Source: a virus. From it: a stretch of 33,264 nt of DNA. Below, piece after piece: positions 27,211 through 33,264 of the stretch. The notes beneath the pieces are model-generated. The model ran no database searches and had not been told where the DNA came from. It saw only the letters and a program-made list of their open reading frames with translations. Where the stretch lies: the UHGV virus genome UHGV-0106174; one strand, written 5' to 3'. How positions within the stretch are numbered: the stretch's first letter is position 1; each line of letters starts with the position of its first letter. A program made the position numbers and the translations under genes.

Positions 27211-30030
27211 GAATGTCAAACCAGTTAGACTCAATGCTTCGATTGGGTAACCACGACTAACATCACCATTAACACGACTTGTTGTAGACTTACCCAATTT
27301 GATGTATTGATTGAGTACATCACGTACTTTCTTAGTCTTGACTTTCACAATCAGCGACGCATCTTTAGTTATATTATTAAGATCATTAACTACGACTTGC
27401 GTCGCTGCATCGACTAAAACAACCGATTTAGACCAGCTACGTGATTTTACCATTTGTTTAACATCACCATCGAAGTATTGATTTAGAATAAAATCGACAA
27501 CTTCATTTGCAATATCTTCTGCTTCACTATTCACGATGAATGATTTAGTACCGACATGTTTACGAATCAATTCGAGAGCATCACAACCTTTTACAAAACG
27601 TTCTTGATCGATGTATGCCTTACGTGGCAATTCATCATCTTCTTTCAAACCTTCGACGAATGGGACGAGTTGGTCGCGTTGTAGACCTTTATCGAGTAAT
27701 TTGCCGATAGAAGTCAGTGTAGCATCATAAACACCATCTTTAGTATCTTCATCTACGGTATTGTTGATTAGGTCGTTCTTGAGCTTCTCAAGCGATTCTA
27801 CGCGTGCTTTAGCTTTCTCTTCTTTGATTGCTTTTACACATTGATTTATTTCTTTTTGTTTATCTTCATCACCATCGGCAACACATGGACTGTACACATT
27901 GAAATCGAATTCTTTCATAGCCATTGCAAATAGTGAAAAATCATTTTCGTACATACTTACACGATATTCACTATGTTCGAAATCGATACCAGTATAAGAA
28001 AGATGAAAATCGTTGTTATGGAAGTAAATCAAATCTTTACTCATTTCACCGCGATATTGACTAATGAAACGTTCACCATTAGTACATTTTGCATATACCG
28101 ATTTAATTGCATCGACAAACATCAAACCATCATTGATTACATCTTGAGTACTGTAAACGTCCATTACTTTAACTTGTTTACGGTCAACCAAAATCCAAAC
28201 GCGTTTTTCGGTAGTTACATTACGGAAACGGTTTGTAACTTGTTCGATACGTGCAACATCCATTTCACCCCAGACAAATACATCTACGGTGTCTTCGATA
28301 TCATTGATGTTTAGACCTTCGACAATACTGTTAGTACCGATCAGTACTTCATACTCGCCCATCAATTCAGTTTGTAGGAAGTGTTGAACTTCTGGTTTGT
28401 TGATTGTATCGGCAGTAATAACGAGACATTTGCGATTAATACGATTAACCATCTCACTAATGAGATCTTTATTGTTAACGAGAACAATACTGCGAACATT
28501 ACTTTCATTGATAGAATCAATTAGTACATCATCCTTACTTTTACAAAATACAGTACGCAAAGATTTAGTAGCTTGTAGTTTTTTAACGATACGATAAACA
28601 CGGTCAAATTTAATGTTACTGAAATATTCTGGTTTAACCGTACCACTCATTAGTACTACACCTTTGAAGTATTTAAATGAATCGATTAGTTTGTTGATTG
28701 TACCATTCTTAAAACCATAATCTGAATATAGGCCATGTGCTTCATCGATAACAAGTACTTTATCTTTAAACTTACTTTTATCTTTTTCGCGAACGATAGA
28801 TTTAATTTGGTTCCAAGTACCGATACCATCGTCTAGACTGTTTTTAGTATTCCCACCACTGAATACAATTGCACGTAGTGGTGCTAGGAATACATACTTA
28901 CCTTCATGTTTTGGTTCTTTAAAGTATGCACTCTTCCCTGCTGCTGGATCTGCATTGATAAGTGTAATACCTTCATCTAGGATCATATCATCGGCATAAT
29001 CGCTGAGATGTTCACCTTTGTTTTCGATACCATTGACAAATTGATTTGGCTTTAGAGTCCATACGGCATCGTAGACGCTCTTTTTTTCGAAACCTCTATC
29101 GGACTTCATAGTACGCACTAGACGACGTTCTAATGCAGTAATACGCATACCTTTGGGGATGTGCTTATATAGACCTTCGACGTTTGCATAGAGCGAATTA
29201 GCCCCCTTAACGATATCATAGTTAGAACGACCAGCACCCGGACGTTGAACACGGTCAAGTACTTGAACGATATCGAAATCGTTCATACCAACAAGCTTAA
29301 GACGGTTAGCGAGTAGGCGACGTTCTTCATAACTAAGTTGACCACTTTGATGATCGATAATCGCCGCACCCAATTCTGCCAATTCTTCATTGGTGAATAC
29401 GGCATCTTCATAAACGATATTTGCCGTAATAGTTTCTAGACTGATATTCTCGACAAATGGTAAATCTTCTTGATTGGTATAATCGAACCAAATACCTTTA
29501 TTATGTTCAACTACAAACTTATCTTCGAATGCAGTATTAATAACTGGTAGGTATTGAATCTGGATACCTTTCTTAAATGATTGGTCAGAGTATGGGAAAC
29601 GTTCAGTTAGTGAAGTATTGTAACGACTCCATTCAGATGCATCCATCGGTGTATTTAATGGAATAACTACGCGAAAACGATCACCATTTTTAAGTCCAGT
29701 AGAACCACTTGAGTACATTACATATTCATATTTGTTCAAATCTTGACGTACTTGATCATAGCTAGCACCATCATCAACATCGAGAACGATTGCATAAAAA
29801 CGTAGAACGTTATTAGCAGTACGTGGTGCATTCTTACGCATTTCGGCAACGACAAATGCATCGAAGTTAATTTTGCATTTTTCATATTTTTCTTTATCAT
29901 CAGCATAGAAAGACAACCATTGAGATTTGTCAGTAAGCATTTCTACTAATTCGGACCATTCACCTTCGAGGTGAGTAACGCCATTATCTTTACTACTGAA
30001 GCGGTTTTGGTAGTGTGTATATTTTAACAT
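27154..30030 (-). CDS. Replication protein: N-terminal primase-polymerase-like domain fused to an SF2-type (DEAH) helicase
   Basis: 958-aa uninterrupted ORF; Walker A INADPAAGKSAYF and Walker B VLVIDEAHGLY; N-terminal LDVDDG acidic motif typical of primase-polymerase-type enzymes. No in-frame CGG codon found in a scan of the gene. Confidence 0.55.
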   Translation of the reverse strand: MLKYTHYQNRFSSKDNGVTHLEGEWSELVEMLTDKSQWLSFYADDKEKYEKCKINFDAFVVAEMRKNAPRTANNVLRFYAIVLDVDDGASYDQVRQDLNKYEYVMYSSGSTGLKNGDRFRVVIPLNTPMDASEWSRYNTSLTERFPYSDQSFKKGIQIQYLPVINTAFEDKFVVEHNKGIWFDYTNQEDLPFVENISLETITANIVYEDAVFTNEELAELGAAIIDHQSGQLSYEERRLLANRLKLVGMNDFDIVQVLDRVQRPGAGRSNYDIVKGANSLYANVEGLYKHIPKGMRITALERRLVRTMKSDRGFEKKSVYDAVWTLKPNQFVNGIENKGEHLSDYADDMILDEGITLINADPAAGKSAYFKEPKHEGKYVFLAPLRAIVFSGGNTKNSLDDGIGTWNQIKSIVREKDKSKFKDKVLVIDEAHGLYSDYGFKNGTINKLIDSFKYFKGVVLMSGTVKPEYFSNIKFDRVYRIVKKLQATKSLRTVFCKSKDDVLIDSINESNVRSIVLVNNKDLISEMVNRINRKCLVITADTINKPEVQHFLQTELMGEYEVLIGTNSIVEGLNINDIEDTVDVFVWGEMDVARIEQVTNRFRNVTTEKRVWILVDRKQVKVMDVYSTQDVINDGLMFVDAIKSVYAKCTNGERFISQYRGEMSKDLIYFHNNDFHLSYTGIDFEHSEYRVSMYENDFSLFAMAMKEFDFNVYSPCVADGDEDKQKEINQCVKAIKEEKAKARVESLEKLKNDLINNTVDEDTKDGVYDATLTSIGKLLDKGLQRDQLVPFVEGLKEDDELPRKAYIDQERFVKGCDALELIRKHVGTKSFIVNSEAEDIANEVVDFILNQYFDGDVKQMVKSRSWSKSVVLVDAATQVVVNDLNNITKDASLIVKVKTKKVRDVLNQYIKLGKSTTSRVNGDVSRGYPIEALSLTGLTFKRISFDKVVTQVVSIDLI

Positions 30031-30069
30031 GATTTAATTCCTTTTATATTGTTTGGCATCAATGCCTAT

Positions 30070-30303
30070 TTACTGTTGAATGTGTTTGAACATTGCATCG
30101 AGAATTGCAAAATCTTCATCAGTGAGAAGTAATGTAAATTTATCTTCATCACTCAGCTTCATATATATATCAAGAACATCATTATAGGTTACTGCATCAT
30201 TGTGGTTTCGTAGAATCATCAAACAATCATCACTTACTTTATAATATGCCTTCACACCATTACCAATTGCCATAATACCTTTTTCATCGTTAGTTATTTT
30301 CAT
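30070..30303 (-). CDS. Hypothetical small protein (early operon)
   Basis: 77-aa ORF with a GGGAG SD; acidic; located between the RHH gene and the replication gene. Confidence 0.4.
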   Translation of the reverse strand: MKITNDEKGIMAIGNGVKAYYKVSDDCLMILRNHNDAVTYNDVLDIYMKLSDEDKFTLLLTDEDFAILDAMFKHIQQ

Positions 30304-30318
30304 TTCTCATTTCTCCCA

Positions 30319-30459
30319 TTAGTTGAACATTACAAATTTGTTTATAATGTACTGAACTGCTTCATTTGCATTCTTTGCTTTACCTTCGGCGATCAATTTT
30401 GCGATTGCATTGTGTTGTACTTCGTTGATACGAGCGGTAACTTTAAATTCTTTTTTCAT
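30319..30459 (-). CDS. Ribbon-helix-helix (CopG/Arc-like) DNA-binding protein, candidate early regulator or excision factor
   Basis: 46-aa ORF not in the track (below the size cutoff): MKKEFKVTARINEVQHNAIAKLIAEGKAKNANEAVQYIINKFVMFN; beta-strand then two helices, typical RHH layout. Confidence 0.4.
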   Translation of the reverse strand: MKKEFKVTARINEVQHNAIAKLIAEGKAKNANEAVQYIINKFVMFN

Positions 30460-30496
30460 TATTGTGTCCTTATTTTTGTCTACATCATTCTCATTT

Positions 30497-30539
30497 TAAA
30501 AATCCTAAAATAACCCCTTAGAATGTCACGACTAAGGGG
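30497..30539 (-). terminator. Hairpin with T-rich tail (terminator or operator) upstream of the RHH gene
   Basis: Perfect 8-bp inverted repeat CCCCTTAG ... CTAAGGGG (30514-30521 and 30532-30539); on the minus strand it is followed by TTATTTTAGGATTTTT. Confidence 0.35.
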
Positions 30540-30598
30540 ATGTTGAAATAGGAGAATTTAAAATGAAAGTTAACTAATGGAATCTTTACTACAATAAA

Positions 30599-30635
<37 letters not shown>

Positions 30636-30649
30636 TTCTTTTTACATAT

Positions 30650-32486
<1,837 letters not shown>

Positions 32487-32545
32487 TTACTTACCTCCAT
32501 TAACTGTGGTGTACATCATATCATAACTGTTCATTGCTGCTGATG
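32487..32545. other. Prophage-host junction (attachment site region for the serine integrase)
   Basis: AT-rich phage DNA including the integrase SD ends here and GC-rich host coding sequence begins; the host reading frame is open from 32504. The exact crossover dinucleotide cannot be identified without the other junction. Confidence 0.5.
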
Positions 32546-33214
32546 GGGCCGCAGTGGCGTTCGCGTCTCGATCGTGAAGCCAGCCTGCTGGGTCACAGTG
32601 GTTGCCGTATTGGCGGTAACGATCTGGACATCGCACTGGCGTTTAAAAACCTGATGCCGTTACTGGGCATGGGTGGCGAAACCGAAAAAGGCATCGCCCT
32701 GCCGATTCTGCCGTGGTGGAATGCGGTTGCCATCAACGACGTACCTGCGCAGAGTGATTTCTACAGTAGTGCCAACGGTCGTCTGCTTAACGATCTGGTA
32801 CGCGATGCCCGCGAACCGGAAAAAGTGGCCCTGCTACAGAAAGTCTGGCGTCAGCGTTTAAGCTATCGCCTGGTGCGTAGCGCAGAAGAGAGCAAAATTG
32901 CTCTTTCCAGCACTGCGGAAACCCGCGCCTCACTGCCGTTTATCAGCGATGAACTGGCTACGCTGATTAGCCAGCAAGGGCTGGAAAGCGCCCTCAGCCA
33001 GCCACTGGCGCGGATTCTGGAACAGGTGCAACTGGCCCTGGATAACGCCCAGGAAAAACCGGACGTTATCTACCTGACCGGCGGTAGCGCCCGTTCTCCG
33101 CTGATTAAAAAAGCGCTGGCAGAACAGTTGCCGGGCATTCCGATTGCAGGCGGCGATGACTTTGGCTCCGTCACCGCCGGGCTGGCTCGCTGGGCGGAAG
33201 TGGTATTTCGTTAA
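32528..33214 (+). CDS. yegD: Hsp70-family protein YegD-like, C-terminal portion only (gene interrupted by the prophage)
   Basis: GC-rich ORF ending ...YLTGGSARSPLIKKALAEQLPGIPIAGGDDFGSVTAGLARWAEVVFR*, the conserved C-terminal actin-like ATPase subdomain of DnaK/YegD-type proteins. No plausible N-terminal domain is present upstream. Symbol assigned from memory of the E. coli protein. Confidence 0.7.
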   Translation, partial: CSLLLMGPQWRSRLDREASLLGHSGCRIGGNDLDIALAFKNLMPLLGMGGETEKGIALPILPWWNAVAINDVPAQSDFYSSANGRLLNDLVRDAREPEKVALLQKVWRQRLSYRLVRSAEESKIALSSTAETRASLPFISDELATLISQQGLESALSQPLARILEQVQLALDNAQEKPDVIYLTGGSARSPLIKKALAEQLPGIPIAGGDDFGSVTAGLARWAEVVFR

Positions 33215-33264
33215 AAGAAAATGGCTCAGCAGCGGCTTAAATCTGCCTGCGCCTGGGCCAGTTT

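Noticed and set aside
32534-32560. TTG start at 32534 for the host ORF
   Set aside because: The ORF is the 3-prime part of a longer Hsp70-family gene cut by the prophage; the apparent start is just the first start-like codon after the junction.

Overview
The window holds about 32.5 kb of an AT-rich, siphovirus-like prophage (its left end lies outside the window) followed by about 0.7 kb of GC-rich enterobacterial DNA. The prophage ends at a large serine recombinase gene that abuts the 3-prime half of an Hsp70-family yegD-like gene, so the prophage appears to interrupt that gene. Family and lambda/T4 comparisons below are from memory, not from a database search.

Gene order from right to left: integrase, small membrane protein, RHH regulator, primase/helicase-like replication protein with an adjacent repeat cluster, a tRNA-like gene, small accessory ORFs, a McrA-like HNH nuclease, a plus-strand SLATT-like membrane protein plus nucleotidyltransferase pair, then the minus-strand late operon (TerS, TerL, portal, protease-scaffold-capsid, side fiber, tail tube, G/GT chaperone, tape measure, minor tail proteins, J-like tip protein) and a lysis region with a T4-lysozyme-like endolysin.

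Main finding: the late structural and lysis genes are split by +1 frame breaks, and all 16 breaks I located sit on an in-frame CGG codon followed by a glycine codon in the +1 frame (C-GGN). Reading the four bases CGGN as one residue restores continuous proteins that match expected homologs. The same prophage encodes a 69-nt tRNA-Gly-like gene whose anticodon loop (UUUCCGA) can pair with CGGN over four bases. The integrase and the nucleotidyltransferase each use an in-frame CGG as ordinary arginine, and the replication gene has no in-frame CGG. I interpret this as a candidate quadruplet-decoding (programmed +1) system gating late-gene expression; it needs read-level and experimental confirmation.

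A second candidate is the SLATT-like/nucleotidyltransferase pair with a convergent McrA-like HNH nuclease, which looks like a small anti-phage defence island.
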